In this document: piece after piece, positions 18,473 through 27,772 of the stretch
Position numbering within the stretch: position 1 is the first letter of the stretch
Layout of the letters: every line of letters starts with the position of its first letter
From: a virus
DNA: 64,000 nt
IMG/VR virus record: IMGVR_UViG_3300034108_000811
Span: 5,660-69,659 of that record
Direction: 5' to 3' (one strand)
The notes under the pieces: model-generated
What the model was told of the DNA's origin: nothing
Seen by the model: only the letters and a program-made list of their open reading frames with translations
The model's database searches: none
Made by a program: the position numbers and the translations under genes

Positions 18473-19507
18473 TTAATAGGTTAGATTATATTTAATAGAT
18501 AGGTCTTTTAACTTTTGTGCGTAATATCCTGTACACATTTTCTTAGACCTTTCATCGTTTAAAACATCGTTTAAATGTGGGTCTTGCGTAGGGTCTTGTC
18601 CTGTATGGTATTTACCCTTATAGAACATTTTGATAGGAGGTTGATCTCCACCTGCTGGCATTTCAGTTCCTACAGCTCCTGCATTATGAAGGATGGGGTG
18701 GTCTTTAAGTTTCTCTATTGGATCAGGAGCCCAAGAAAACCCCATTTCAGGAACTATCTTAATCTCTTTTTCTCTTAGTACAAGATTCCATAGAACAGCC
18801 CACATATCTGCACACCAACTTTGAAATCCTCTGTCTTCACTTTCAAAAAACTCCTTGTTTATCTTCAACAAGTAGTTTCTAATAACTATACAGTCTGTAA
18901 TCACCTTGTTCCAGAAAGCAGCATCAATGTTCTTTAATAGATATTGAGCCCCTCCAGAATCACTGTTTATTGCTGTTAGTTGTTCTCTAGATACACCTAC
19001 AACACTTGCTATTTCAGCAAGCACGTCTCTAGTTTTGTATTCTTCTAGTTTCTCAGGAAGAACATCTCTCTCCTTACTATCAAAATAATCAACGTTTATG
19101 TAGCTTAATGTATCAGACAAATAGCACACATCATCATCTATAAACTTTTGAACATCAAAATGTTCCATAAAAAGAACATCTGAATCACAATAGAATATTG
19201 CTTTATTTGCTAATTCTGGATGTGCCTTCCAATGTCTCCAAAGAGTGTATGGTCTAAGAACAGGAATATAGATTCCTAACAAAGAACTAATCTTATCTTC
19301 ATCCTTGTAGAAATGGAATTCAGCTTCTGGATAGAGGTCTATCACTTGCTGCCATTTTGGATTCTTTTCTCTGTAATTAGGAATAAATATAAGCACAATT
19401 GCTTTATCACTCTCTCCTCTGTTCTTTAAGCTTTCAAGCCATAGATGCACTTGCCATGTGTAATACGTGTCATCTGGTTGTACGCAGACATACTTAAAAT
19501 CCTTCAT
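18473..19507 (-). CDS. GT-A glycosyltransferase resembling plant peptide O-glycosyltransferases (HPAT GT95 / SERGT GT96)
   Basis: YYTWQ..LWLES, RPY, YCDSD (DxD), GGAQYLL, WCADMWAVLW, ILHNAG. Confidence 0.6.
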   Translation of the reverse strand: MKDFKYVCVQPDDTYYTWQVHLWLESLKNRGESDKAIVLIFIPNYREKNPKWQQVIDLYPEAEFHFYKDEDKISSLLGIYIPVLRPYTLWRHWKAHPELANKAIFYCDSDVLFMEHFDVQKFIDDDVCYLSDTLSYINVDYFDSKERDVLPEKLEEYKTRDVLAEIASVVGVSREQLTAINSDSGGAQYLLKNIDAAFWNKVITDCIVIRNYLLKINKEFFESEDRGFQSWCADMWAVLWNLVLREKEIKIVPEMGFSWAPDPIEKLKDHPILHNAGAVGTEMPAGGDQPPIKMFYKGKYHTGQDPTQDPHLNDVLNDERSKKMCTGYYAQKLKDLSIKYNLTY

Positions 19508-19538
19508 ATATGTAATTATTGGTTTATAATTTGAGCTT

Positions 19539-20216
19539 TTATGCTCCTCTGAATCCTGTCACTGTTAAATATACAACACCACTAGTTGTTGATGTAGGTA
19601 TTAAAAAGTTAAGATTTGCATCAGGTGCACTTCTCAACGGTGTAGGGAACTCAATGCTTTGAGGAGTAGTAATTGCTGTAGTTGCAAGCCTTAATCTAAA
19701 CAACACTCTATAACTATTAGCAGCTGTGGCTGCAACAGATGGTGCAAGATTTGAACCAAATATAGAAGCAGAGATGTTATATGTTGTTGGAGAACTAACG
19801 TCAGTTACGTAATAAAGAGTGTTTGTTGTAAGACCTGTACCTCCAGTGAGAGTGTTATAAATAACAGTGTCTCCCACCTTCAAGTCATGAGGAGTGGTGG
19901 TGGTTACAAGTCCTGTACCTGTAGCAATAGAAGATACAGACAAAAGTCCATCTAAAATAAGTAAGAACCCAGCTGCTCCAAGTGTATCTGTACTTAATAT
20001 AACAGAGGAAACATAGTTTCTAAGACCATTATTTTGTGATTTTGGAACAAGTCCTTGAACTGTCACCACTGTACCAGCAGACTGTACCACTGTTGAATAA
20101 GCTGTATCTTTTGCAGGATTTGAATAAGCTATTGAAGAAAGTCTTTCAACAGCCTTAGCTACATACCATGTGTTTGTAGCTTCAACACTCTGTCCTATTT
20201 GTCTATTTGGTATCAT
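19539..20216 (-). CDS. Putative virion structural protein, Thr/Ser-rich beta domain
   Basis: TTTPHDLKVGDTV...GLTTNTLYYV module typical of phage tail proteins; own promoter TATATTTG (- strand, 20237-20244). Confidence 0.6.
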   Translation of the reverse strand: MIPNRQIGQSVEATNTWYVAKAVERLSSIAYSNPAKDTAYSTVVQSAGTVVTVQGLVPKSQNNGLRNYVSSVILSTDTLGAAGFLLILDGLLSVSSIATGTGLVTTTTPHDLKVGDTVIYNTLTGGTGLTTNTLYYVTDVSSPTTYNISASIFGSNLAPSVAATAANSYRVLFRLRLATTAITTPQSIEFPTPLRSAPDANLNFLIPTSTTSGVVYLTVTGFRGA

Positions 20217-20246
20217 ATTTAATGTTTTGTATATTGCAAATATATA

Positions 20247-20369
20247 TTATTTTCCTTGTCCAATATATTTACTTTTGGATTTATCCTTTGGACCCTTGCT
20301 TTTTCTAGCTTTTCCACCTTTTCTTTTACCAAAAACTGTTTTTCTAGAATCAACTGCTCCCTTTTTCAT
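20247..20369 (-). CDS. Small Lys-rich protein, 40 aa (not in ORF track)
   Basis: MKKGAVDSRKTVFGKRKGGKARKSKGPKDKSKSKYIGQGK*; ATGA overlap with the amidase. Confidence 0.7.
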   Translation of the reverse strand: MKKGAVDSRKTVFGKRKGGKARKSKGPKDKSKSKYIGQGK

Positions 20370-20902
20370 TTTCTATATTGATTTAATGTTAAAGCTATTT
20401 TACGAGCAATTCCATGTTTATTAGATTGATAGAGCTTCATATCTAGAGCATTTGATAGAAAACATGCTTCAAGAAGAATATTTTCAGCTCCAGGTCTCAT
20501 CCAACCAAGAGTTTTTCTTGCACTCTGAGATTCAGGTCTTACACCTCTACTTTTAAAACCAAATATTGTAAAGCATTTAAGAAGCTCTAGTCCTAATGTT
20601 CTTTCAAAGCTAGAAGACTGGTCAGGAATAAACACTTCTGTTCCTTTAGCATCTGGACCAGCAGAGTTCCAATGTATGTCTAAAAGAATATCACCTGTGG
20701 TGAATTTACCTCTGAGCCATAAAAGAGTTTGTTTAAGAGCATTCTTATCATCATCTACTAAAGCGCTGATTCCCAATGCTTTAAGCTCAGCTACAATTAA
20801 GTTTCTGAGTTCTATTGCTAAGTCACGTTCAATGTAGCCATTTCCTGAAGCTCCAGGATCTACACCACCGTGTCCAGCTGATAGGATGATTTTTCTAGCC
20901 AT
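20366..20902 (-). CDS. Endolysin, N-acetylmuramoyl-L-alanine amidase (Amidase_3); start revised to MARKII
   Basis: SAGHGGVDPGA, E, DIHWNS, GTEVF, ILLEACFLSN. Confidence 0.92.
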   Translation of the reverse strand: MARKIILSAGHGGVDPGASGNGYIERDLAIELRNLIVAELKALGISALVDDDKNALKQTLLWLRGKFTTGDILLDIHWNSAGPDAKGTEVFIPDQSSSFERTLGLELLKCFTIFGFKSRGVRPESQSARKTLGWMRPGAENILLEACFLSNALDMKLYQSNKHGIARKIALTLNQYRK

Positions 20903-21128
20903 TGTCTTCAGGAGTTTCACTAAAAAAGTTAGAAATAAACTTACCAACTATAGCAACAATCATTACAATAGTTCCTGCAACAGGATGTCCATTGAGTACA
21001 ATTATAGTGCCGCCAAATGTTCCTGCAGCAGCTAAACTATCACCCAACACTCTAAGTCTCTTAGGTGTAGGGGCAAAATAGTATTTCCAGCCAAACTTAG
21101 TTTTCATTTCTTGATTTTTAATTTCCAA
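20895..21128 (-). CDS. Putative holin (two TM segments)
   Basis: PTPKRLRVLGD followed by two hydrophobic helices; directly upstream of the endolysin. Confidence 0.7.
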   Translation of the reverse strand: MEIKNQEMKTKFGWKYYFAPTPKRLRVLGDSLAAAGTFGGTIIVLNGHPVAGTIVMIVAIVGKFISNFFSETPEDNG

Positions 21129-21724
21129 TAACTATCAATTCCATAAACTACTGTTCCTTGTGTGGATATTCCTACATTAGCTCCAAAGAGCTGATCTTTC
21201 TTTGTCTTTAGCATTACACCAGCTCTAACCTGATTGATTAGAGCATTTTGACTAGCACCTATTCCACCACCTATATAAAGCTGATTTTTAGGCTGTTGGT
21301 GAATTGTTATGGTTTCTTTGATGATGGGATATTTAACCTTCACCTCTGTAACCCTACCTATAATTAGGTTCTTTTGAACTGTATCAGTTATTTTTACGTA
21401 TCCATTCGTATCAATACGTATACTGTCTGAATGTATGTTCTTTGCTAACAGTTCTTTTACCACCTCCTGATACTGTCCTACTAATTTATTGTAATTGGTG
21501 TCAGGAATGTAGTGGTTTATAATAGTGTCATGTGATGTTATCTGTATTGTCTTTATAACACTTGGTTTACTAGCTATCAAGGAATCCTTGACAACCCATA
21601 CTGTATCTCTTTTGATAGAAGGAGGAATTACATCTTTTTCACCCCCACCACATCTCTGTAACAAAATCACTGTCAAGAGAACAAGAACAATGAAATTGAG
21701 AACATTAGACTTTATAAAATCCAT
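21104..21724 (-). CDS. Putative spanin-like envelope (lipo)protein
   Basis: N-terminal hydrophobic helix ending LLQRC; C-terminal amphipathic beta strands; located in the lysis cassette. Confidence 0.6.
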   Translation of the reverse strand: MDFIKSNVLNFIVLVLLTVILLQRCGGGEKDVIPPSIKRDTVWVVKDSLIASKPSVIKTIQITSHDTIINHYIPDTNYNKLVGQYQEVVKELLAKNIHSDSIRIDTNGYVKITDTVQKNLIIGRVTEVKVKYPIIKETITIHQQPKNQLYIGGGIGASQNALINQVRAGVMLKTKKDQLFGANVGISTQGTVVYGIDSYWKLKIKK

Positions 21725-21725
21725 A

Positions 21726-22073
21726 TTATTTCTTAATTGTTGTATACACTCTCAGAACAAATTCAGCTGCCATTACAATAAATCCTAAAACAGCAAGTAT
21801 CCAGTACACTTTCTTTTTAAAATCCTCAAGTTCTGCCACCTTTTTATCAAGAACGTGAATTCTAGTCTTTTCAATATGTATAATCTTTTGATCAAAGGAT
21901 TCTAAAAGTTTAACAAATCCACCCTGTTTTGTCAAAGCATTACCCAAAATGGCATCCACCACTTGTGTAAGCTTTGTATCCATAGAAGTGAGTTTCTCCT
22001 CCATATCTGTAAGACGTTGGTCCATGCTTTTAAGTTCATCTTTTACTTGTTCTTCAAAATGTGTTGATTCCAT
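21726..22073 (-). CDS. Coiled-coil protein with C-terminal TM helix (lysis accessory)
   Basis: Heptad N-terminus and VYWILAVLGFIVMAAEFVL. Confidence 0.65.
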   Translation of the reverse strand: MESTHFEEQVKDELKSMDQRLTDMEEKLTSMDTKLTQVVDAILGNALTKQGGFVKLLESFDQKIIHIEKTRIHVLDKKVAELEDFKKKVYWILAVLGFIVMAAEFVLRVYTTIKK

Positions 22074-22175
22074 GAGAAAGGTTACATTGTAGGGAGTTTA
22101 AATAAAAAAACGCTAGTCCTTATTGAAAAGAATATAGCGCAAGTGTAATTAATATAGCAGAGAGCTGCATTTACG

Positions 22176-22223
22176 CAAATTTATAATTTAATTTTGAAAC
22201 TACCAAATATTTATTTAACTTTG
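22176..22223. promoter_or_regulatory. Divergent Bacteroidota-type promoters
   Basis: - strand TAAATTTG (22176-22183) toward lysis genes; + strand TTTG 22193-22196 and TAACTTTG 22216-22223 toward GT4. Confidence 0.65.
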
Positions 22224-22229
22224 TTCATT

Positions 22230-23147
22230 ATGAAAATACTCTACGTAGCTCCACATTTATCTACAGGAGGCATGCCTCAATACCTGTATAAGCAAATTAG
22301 TTATTTCTGTAAAGAACATCAAATTGAAGTGGTGGATTACACCAATTCAGGAGGTGATGCATTTGTTGTACAGAAGAACAGAATCAAAGAGCTTGTACCT
22401 GTACACAACCATATTCTTATGGAAGTGTATGAAAGAATGGCTCCTGATGTAATTCATTTTCAGGAGATTCCTGAAACATTTCTTCCTTCAGATGTTCTAG
22501 AAGTTCTATTTTCTATAGATAGAAAGCATTTTAACATTGTTACACCACATAGTTCAACTGTTAACCCAGACACTATTTCCTACCATCCAGACAAATATGT
22601 ATTTGTTTGTAAGTGGAGCCAGGATAGGTTTGCCCATTTAGCTGTAGATAGTGATGTGTGGACCTATCCCACAAAACTCCATATATATGATAAAGCTAAG
22701 GCTAAAGCAGCTGTAGGCTTTCGTGAGGGAAGTAAACATGTCCTTCATGTAGGACTATTTACACCAGGAAAAGATCAAGCAGAGCTGTTTGAAATAGCTA
22801 GAAAGGTGGTTGGTCTTCCTATTCAGTTCCATTTTGTAGGTAATCAGGCTAGTAATTTTGAGCACTATTGGGGCCCATTAATGGAAAACAAGCCTTCTAA
22901 TTGTATTGTTTGGGGAGAAAGAGATGATGTAGACACCTTCTACAAAGCTGCAGACTTGTTCTATTTTCCTTCTAAATATGAGCTATACCCCCTGTCTTTG
23001 CTAGAGGCTCTGAGCTACAATCTTCCCTGCATGTTTAGAAAGCTTCCTTCTTATTTAGATGACTTTGATAAAATGGAAAATGTCACATATATTACAGAAA
23101 ACGTGACAGAAAACAAATCTCTTCTTCTTAAAACCCTTCAATTATGA
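22230..23147 (+). CDS. GT-B (GT4) glycosyltransferase; start revised to MKILYV
   Basis: PHLSTGGMPQ, HVGLFTPGKDQ, ADLFYFPSKYELYPLSLLEALS. Confidence 0.9.
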   Translation: MKILYVAPHLSTGGMPQYLYKQISYFCKEHQIEVVDYTNSGGDAFVVQKNRIKELVPVHNHILMEVYERMAPDVIHFQEIPETFLPSDVLEVLFSIDRKHFNIVTPHSSTVNPDTISYHPDKYVFVCKWSQDRFAHLAVDSDVWTYPTKLHIYDKAKAKAAVGFREGSKHVLHVGLFTPGKDQAELFEIARKVVGLPIQFHFVGNQASNFEHYWGPLMENKPSNCIVWGERDDVDTFYKAADLFYFPSKYELYPLSLLEALSYNLPCMFRKLPSYLDDFDKMENVTYITENVTENKSLLLKTLQL

Positions 23148-24259
23148 GCATTTACAACAACCTTGTAAAAAACCAATCTGCAGTTAATAACCGTGTAGAA
23201 ATCATTTGTCACTTTGTAGATGGACCTTATTTAGAAATCCTATCTCCTATATCTGCTACATATGTTGTAAAATTCATAGATGTAGATAAGAACCTAGTGG
23301 TGTATGAAACTACCATTAATAATAACAACTGGTCAAAAGCTTCCACCAAATACTTTGTTAATTGGAAGATAGAAGTGTACCAGAACAATAAACTTATATA
23401 TGAACATGCATATAATGCTGCTGGTAAGAATGTTTACATCTCCATAGAAAGTTCTTCTTTGGGAGATGGTCTTGCCTGGATGCCTTATATTGAAGAATTT
23501 CAGAAAATACATCAATGTAATGTAATTGTTAGCACTTATTTAAACCATCTGTTTGAGAACGAATACAAATCAATAAAGTTTGTAAATCCAGGAGATGTAG
23601 TGGAAAACTTATACGCTATGTATAAAATAGGGTATTTTTACAATCCAGAAATGGAACCTGTTCTTCCTCATACAATTCCTCTTCAGAAACAAGCTTGTAA
23701 CATATTAGGTATTATTTATAATGAGGTTAGACCAAGAATAACCCATGTTCCTAAAAATGTATATGATTTAGATAAAACTATAACAATAGCTACAGAATCA
23801 ACAGCTGGATGTAAACTTTGGACAAATGAGGGATGGCAAGAGCTTATTAATTTTCTTAATCAACAAGGATATACAGTGATTAATGTCTCCAAAGATGGAT
23901 TTCCTTATGAAGGATGTACAGTGATACCATTTGACCCAACGCTTCAAGCTCCTATGGATGCAATAGCAAGTAGCAAATTGTTTATTGGACTTGCTTCAGG
24001 AATGAGTTGGCTAGCTTGGGCTCTATTTGCGCCTGTTGCAATAATATCAAACTTCTCAGAAGAAGGACATGAGTTTTTCTCAGAGATTCGTATTACAAAT
24101 ACAGATGTTTGTCATGGATGCTGGAACAGTCACCGCTTTAAATTTGACAAAGCAGATTGGAATTGGTGTCCTGTTAACAAAGGAACAGACAGACAATTTG
24201 AATGTCAGTCTTCTATAAGCAGCCAAATGGTTATTAATCAAATACAAAGATATATATGA
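23144..24259 (+). CDS. Autotransporter O-heptosyltransferase-like protein (TibC/AAH, GT9-related)
   Basis: FVDGPYLEI and KYFVNWKIEV N-terminal domain, SLGDGLAW, KLW...W, FIGLASGMSWLAWAL, Cys cluster CHGCWN...WCP...FEC. Confidence 0.85.
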   Translation: MSIYNNLVKNQSAVNNRVEIICHFVDGPYLEILSPISATYVVKFIDVDKNLVVYETTINNNNWSKASTKYFVNWKIEVYQNNKLIYEHAYNAAGKNVYISIESSSLGDGLAWMPYIEEFQKIHQCNVIVSTYLNHLFENEYKSIKFVNPGDVVENLYAMYKIGYFYNPEMEPVLPHTIPLQKQACNILGIIYNEVRPRITHVPKNVYDLDKTITIATESTAGCKLWTNEGWQELINFLNQQGYTVINVSKDGFPYEGCTVIPFDPTLQAPMDAIASSKLFIGLASGMSWLAWALFAPVAIISNFSEEGHEFFSEIRITNTDVCHGCWNSHRFKFDKADWNWCPVNKGTDRQFECQSSISSQMVINQIQRYI

Positions 24260-24939
24260 ACATAGACAATTTCATATGGGAACCAATCTGCTATCCAGGC
24301 TTTAAAGAAACTGTTATAAAAGAAATCTTTGATGATAGGTTGTACGAAACCTTCTTTCTAGTTGAAGAAGGTGATGTAGTTTTTGATATTGGAGCCAGCC
24401 TTGGACCATTTACATATTCTATTCTACCTAGAAAACCTAAACATGTATTTGCTCTTGAGCCAAGCTATGAGGAATTTAAAACCCTTGTTCTTAATACACG
24501 TCATGGAAATGTTACACACATCAACAAGGGAATATCAGACTTTGTAGGTGAAATGCATTTCCAATATGCCTTTGATAAAACACATAAAATGTATGCCACC
24601 ACCTTTAAAACTATTATAGAGCAATATGGAATTCAGAAAATAGATTTTCTTAAGACAGATTGCGAAGGTGGGGAGTATGATGTGTTTAACATTGACAATC
24701 TATTATGGATTAAGAACAATGTTAGAAAGATTGTAGGAGAATGGCACCTAGGAGAACAATGGATGAAGAGCAAGTTTAAAGCTTTCAGAGATGTCTACCT
24801 AAGAGTTTTTCCTAATTATAGAATCTTGTCTGTGGATGGAGTGGAAATCACCTCTCAGTTGTGGAGTGATGATTTTATTTCTCATTATACAGAAGTGATT
24901 ATATTTATTGATAATACAGTTATTTCCACGTCCCACTAA
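24256..24939 (+). CDS. FkbM-family methyltransferase
   Basis: VFDIGASLGPF, ALEP, IDFLKTDCEGGEY, IVGEWH. Confidence 0.88.
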   Translation: MNIDNFIWEPICYPGFKETVIKEIFDDRLYETFFLVEEGDVVFDIGASLGPFTYSILPRKPKHVFALEPSYEEFKTLVLNTRHGNVTHINKGISDFVGEMHFQYAFDKTHKMYATTFKTIIEQYGIQKIDFLKTDCEGGEYDVFNIDNLLWIKNNVRKIVGEWHLGEQWMKSKFKAFRDVYLRVFPNYRILSVDGVEITSQLWSDDFISHYTEVIIFIDNTVISTSH

Positions 24940-24942
24940 CTT

Positions 24943-25860
24943 TTATGGTATTGCAGTGGCATAAGCGTTTATAAGTATATTAATCCTATTGCTTAAAGAT
25001 GTTAAATTCAAATTCTCTCCAATAGAATAAAAAGAAATTCTTCCGTTATAATATGGACTAACTCCACGACCAAAAACATTTATAGTTTCAGAGAGTGGAG
25101 TTTCGGAAGTCAATGTATTTGTTACAGGAATCCCTGAAATTATTGCATTAACGTTAGATGAGCTGTTTCTTGATATTCCATGAAAGCCCGTTAGTTTTGT
25201 AAATGTAGTGCCAATAACCGAGGTAGTACTTTGACTCCGAATGAAGTAACGACCATCACCTAAGTTAGATATTTGTGAAGTTCCAGCTAAAGAACCTCCG
25301 ACTCCAATTAAACCAACAGTAGACGTCTGAGAGTCTACCGCAGTAACCCAAACCGCTAAGTGTTGATTATTCTGAGGATCAGCGTTGTTGTTTCGGTTGG
25401 TACTGATAAATTTTGTTGTGCCATCTCCAATAGGGCCAATCTTGCGATTATAGTCTGCATTAACAAAATTATTGTTTGTTGGAGCGGTTCCTACCAATGG
25501 AACTAATGCACCATTTAAGGTACGAGCACCTGCAAGAATACAGCAAGCTTTAATTGAGTTCCATATACCATCGCTTTTGCAACCAACCACAAAGTTATTA
25601 ATAGCTACCTTAACACCCTCTTCAAGTGCGGCACCATCAGCGGTTTCCACTGCATTTATATATGTTAAAGCATCTGCATCAAAACTAGAGCCTTTCCATA
25701 CCCCAGCTATTTTAATGTATGGAGTGGTTATTTTCCAAATACCCCCCACTCTTGTGTATGGAGTTGCTAGTTTCCACGTTCCGCTAACTTTTATCCACAC
25801 TTTTACTCCTGCTGGAGCAGCTCCTGACCCTAATGAGGGCATCCTTATTCTTAGTGGCAT
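24943..25860 (-). CDS. Putative tail fibre/receptor-binding accessory protein
   Basis: Three YxKxxGxWK-like repeats, DADALTYINAVE...KSDGIW domain, C-terminal beta-sandwich. Confidence 0.6.
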   Translation of the reverse strand: MPLRIRMPSLGSGAAPAGVKVWIKVSGTWKLATPYTRVGGIWKITTPYIKIAGVWKGSSFDADALTYINAVETADGAALEEGVKVAINNFVVGCKSDGIWNSIKACCILAGARTLNGALVPLVGTAPTNNNFVNADYNRKIGPIGDGTTKFISTNRNNNADPQNNQHLAVWVTAVDSQTSTVGLIGVGGSLAGTSQISNLGDGRYFIRSQSTTSVIGTTFTKLTGFHGISRNSSSNVNAIISGIPVTNTLTSETPLSETINVFGRGVSPYYNGRISFYSIGENLNLTSLSNRINILINAYATAIP

Positions 25861-25872
25861 AGCTTAATAGTT

Positions 25873-26745
25873 TTAGTTGTCTCCTATTAATGGTGGTCTA
25901 TTGATATACGGGTGTGTTGGTAAAAGGCTTGTAATCATTCCCCATTTCCAAGCAAGATACCCTTCTAATATTTGACGAGTGTTGTTGCTGACAATAGACG
26001 AAAGAATTATGACTTCTGCAATGTAACCGACATGCAGAACTACGTTATTACCTGCTGCTCCAATCTGTAAAACAAACGAAGCATCGGTAGCAACTGGAGC
26101 ATTTATGTCCACATTAGCTTGCGTGAGAGTACGATTAATTCTGAGAAAAGATCTGTTAGCAGCCACTCCGTTATTGGGGTCGGCAATTAGGGAAATGATG
26201 ACAGGAGTATTAGCTGGGTGTACGCCATTTGCAGTCGTATTACTTGCAGCAACCTGACCAGTCACTCCTCTTGAGATTTGCGAAATTATCGCATCGTTTC
26301 TCGAAGCACTGGCACGATCGTCGTAGATAATGTAATAACCAGTGTTCGCTGACGCAGCTCCATTGTTCCCAAGCAAAGTGTAAATCGTATTAGGGTCAGC
26401 AACATTTCCTGCTTTCCAGACAGCAAAGACACTTGAGCCATTTGTATTATGAAGAAAATTCCATGTTGCCGCTGTATTAATAGAAGTCAAGTATTGTGAA
26501 CCATTAAAAGAAAGAACGGATTTACCATTTAACTCATTAAGCGTGAGAGTTGGTTGCGCTATACCTGTGCCTTGTGTTACATTTCTTCCAAGTCCACTTT
26601 TATCTCTCCACTCAGAAACTCCCGTTGCAACAGTGATTGTTGAAATATCAGAAGCATCTAACCAAAGTGCAGTTCTTAGCACATCAGGACTCCATAATCT
26701 ATTTTGAATAACTGCTTCATCAACTCTATTTACTCCTCTTGGCAT
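25873..26745 (-). CDS. Concanavalin A/LamG-like tail protein
   Basis: LWLDASD...VSEWRDKSG, GYIAEVII, EGYLAWKWG. Confidence 0.75.
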   Translation of the reverse strand: MPRGVNRVDEAVIQNRLWSPDVLRTALWLDASDISTITVATGVSEWRDKSGLGRNVTQGTGIAQPTLTLNELNGKSVLSFNGSQYLTSINTAATWNFLHNTNGSSVFAVWKAGNVADPNTIYTLLGNNGAASANTGYYIIYDDRASASRNDAIISQISRGVTGQVAASNTTANGVHPANTPVIISLIADPNNGVAANRSFLRINRTLTQANVDINAPVATDASFVLQIGAAGNNVVLHVGYIAEVIILSSIVSNNTRQILEGYLAWKWGMITSLLPTHPYINRPPLIGDN

Positions 26746-26756
26746 ATTGTTTTATT

Positions 26757-27170
26757 TTAAACTATATCCTCATTCCAAGGACGGATGTATAATTCATTAC
26801 CACTTGCAGCAAATGCCACTCCTGCGTTATTAATAACACTTATTCTCATTGAATAGGGATAGAGACGTGCCATATTCACCACAGCCACTTTTGCAGATGC
26901 TCCTGACGTTATAGGAATTACATATTGGTCTCCACCAATCCTATCTGCGGTATCCGTCCCATCGTTATAGGTTACACGAACAGTGATGGAGCCACCTGTT
27001 GAAGGTGTTATGGAACCAAGTTTAATTGTAACTGTTCCATACAAATCTCTATTTGTACTATTATCGTAAGTTACAGCAGTTGATTCTCCTAAGTTAGCTA
27101 GAGAGTTAAGTGTTGTACTTGCAATGTTACTAGACCTTGCTGAAGGTGTTGCCCATTTTGCTATTGCCAT
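26757..27170 (-). CDS. Putative small virion beta-sandwich protein, 137 aa
   Basis: Thr/Ser/Ala-rich; lies among tail genes. Confidence 0.55.
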   Translation of the reverse strand: MAIAKWATPSARSSNIASTTLNSLANLGESTAVTYDNSTNRDLYGTVTIKLGSITPSTGGSITVRVTYNDGTDTADRIGGDQYVIPITSGASAKVAVVNMARLYPYSMRISVINNAGVAFAASGNELYIRPWNEDIV

Positions 27171-27188
27171 AATTGTCTGTTTTTAATG

Positions 27189-27761
27189 TTATTCTCCTGG
27201 TTCTTCTATTGGTGGAGGAATTGGTTCAGATGTTGTTGTTGTAGATGTTGTTGGATTTGGACTTCCACCTGGATTTGCTCCACGTTCTATTCCTACAATA
27301 CGTGCATCTATATTTTGATAATTATTTAATGCTGCCCAACTCTCACCGTATTCTGTTATATCTTTTTGAACAATCAAAGATAGGAGAATTTGTTTAGTTT
27401 GAGAAGATATTATTCCTGCTGTTTCTAAATTATTTGCTATTTCTCCGTATCCAGTTAGGTAGCTTGGGTTGTTCATGTCAAGCTCATCAAATCCGTTTAA
27501 AGCTTCTAGTACATTGACACATAATGCTTTAGTAGGATTTGTACCACTCAAAGATAATTCCTTTATGACAGCATATTCTCCTCCTATAATCAACATTCCT
27601 TTAATGTCTTTACACACTATTGGAACATATTTTTGTACAATGGTTGATGGTTGTTCATTCAATTTATTGGCTATGAACCAATCAGGAACGCTTTCTGATG
27701 TGCCTTCAAAATCATCTTTATGAAGAAGGGCTAGTTCATTAATTTTGTCTATTAGACTCAT
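27189..27761 (-). CDS. Hypothetical protein with PTTSTTTTSEP C-terminal tail
   Basis: Acidic; follows the fibre gene, so possibly a fibre chaperone. Confidence 0.6.
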   Translation of the reverse strand: MSLIDKINELALLHKDDFEGTSESVPDWFIANKLNEQPSTIVQKYVPIVCKDIKGMLIIGGEYAVIKELSLSGTNPTKALCVNVLEALNGFDELDMNNPSYLTGYGEIANNLETAGIISSQTKQILLSLIVQKDITEYGESWAALNNYQNIDARIVGIERGANPGGSPNPTTSTTTTSEPIPPPIEEPGE

Positions 27762-27772
27762 GTCAAACTGTA

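Noticed and set aside
24943-26745. Diversity-generating retroelement or invertible tail cassette
   Set aside because: No reverse transcriptase, recombinase, template/variable repeat pair or flanking inverted repeats seen in this window.
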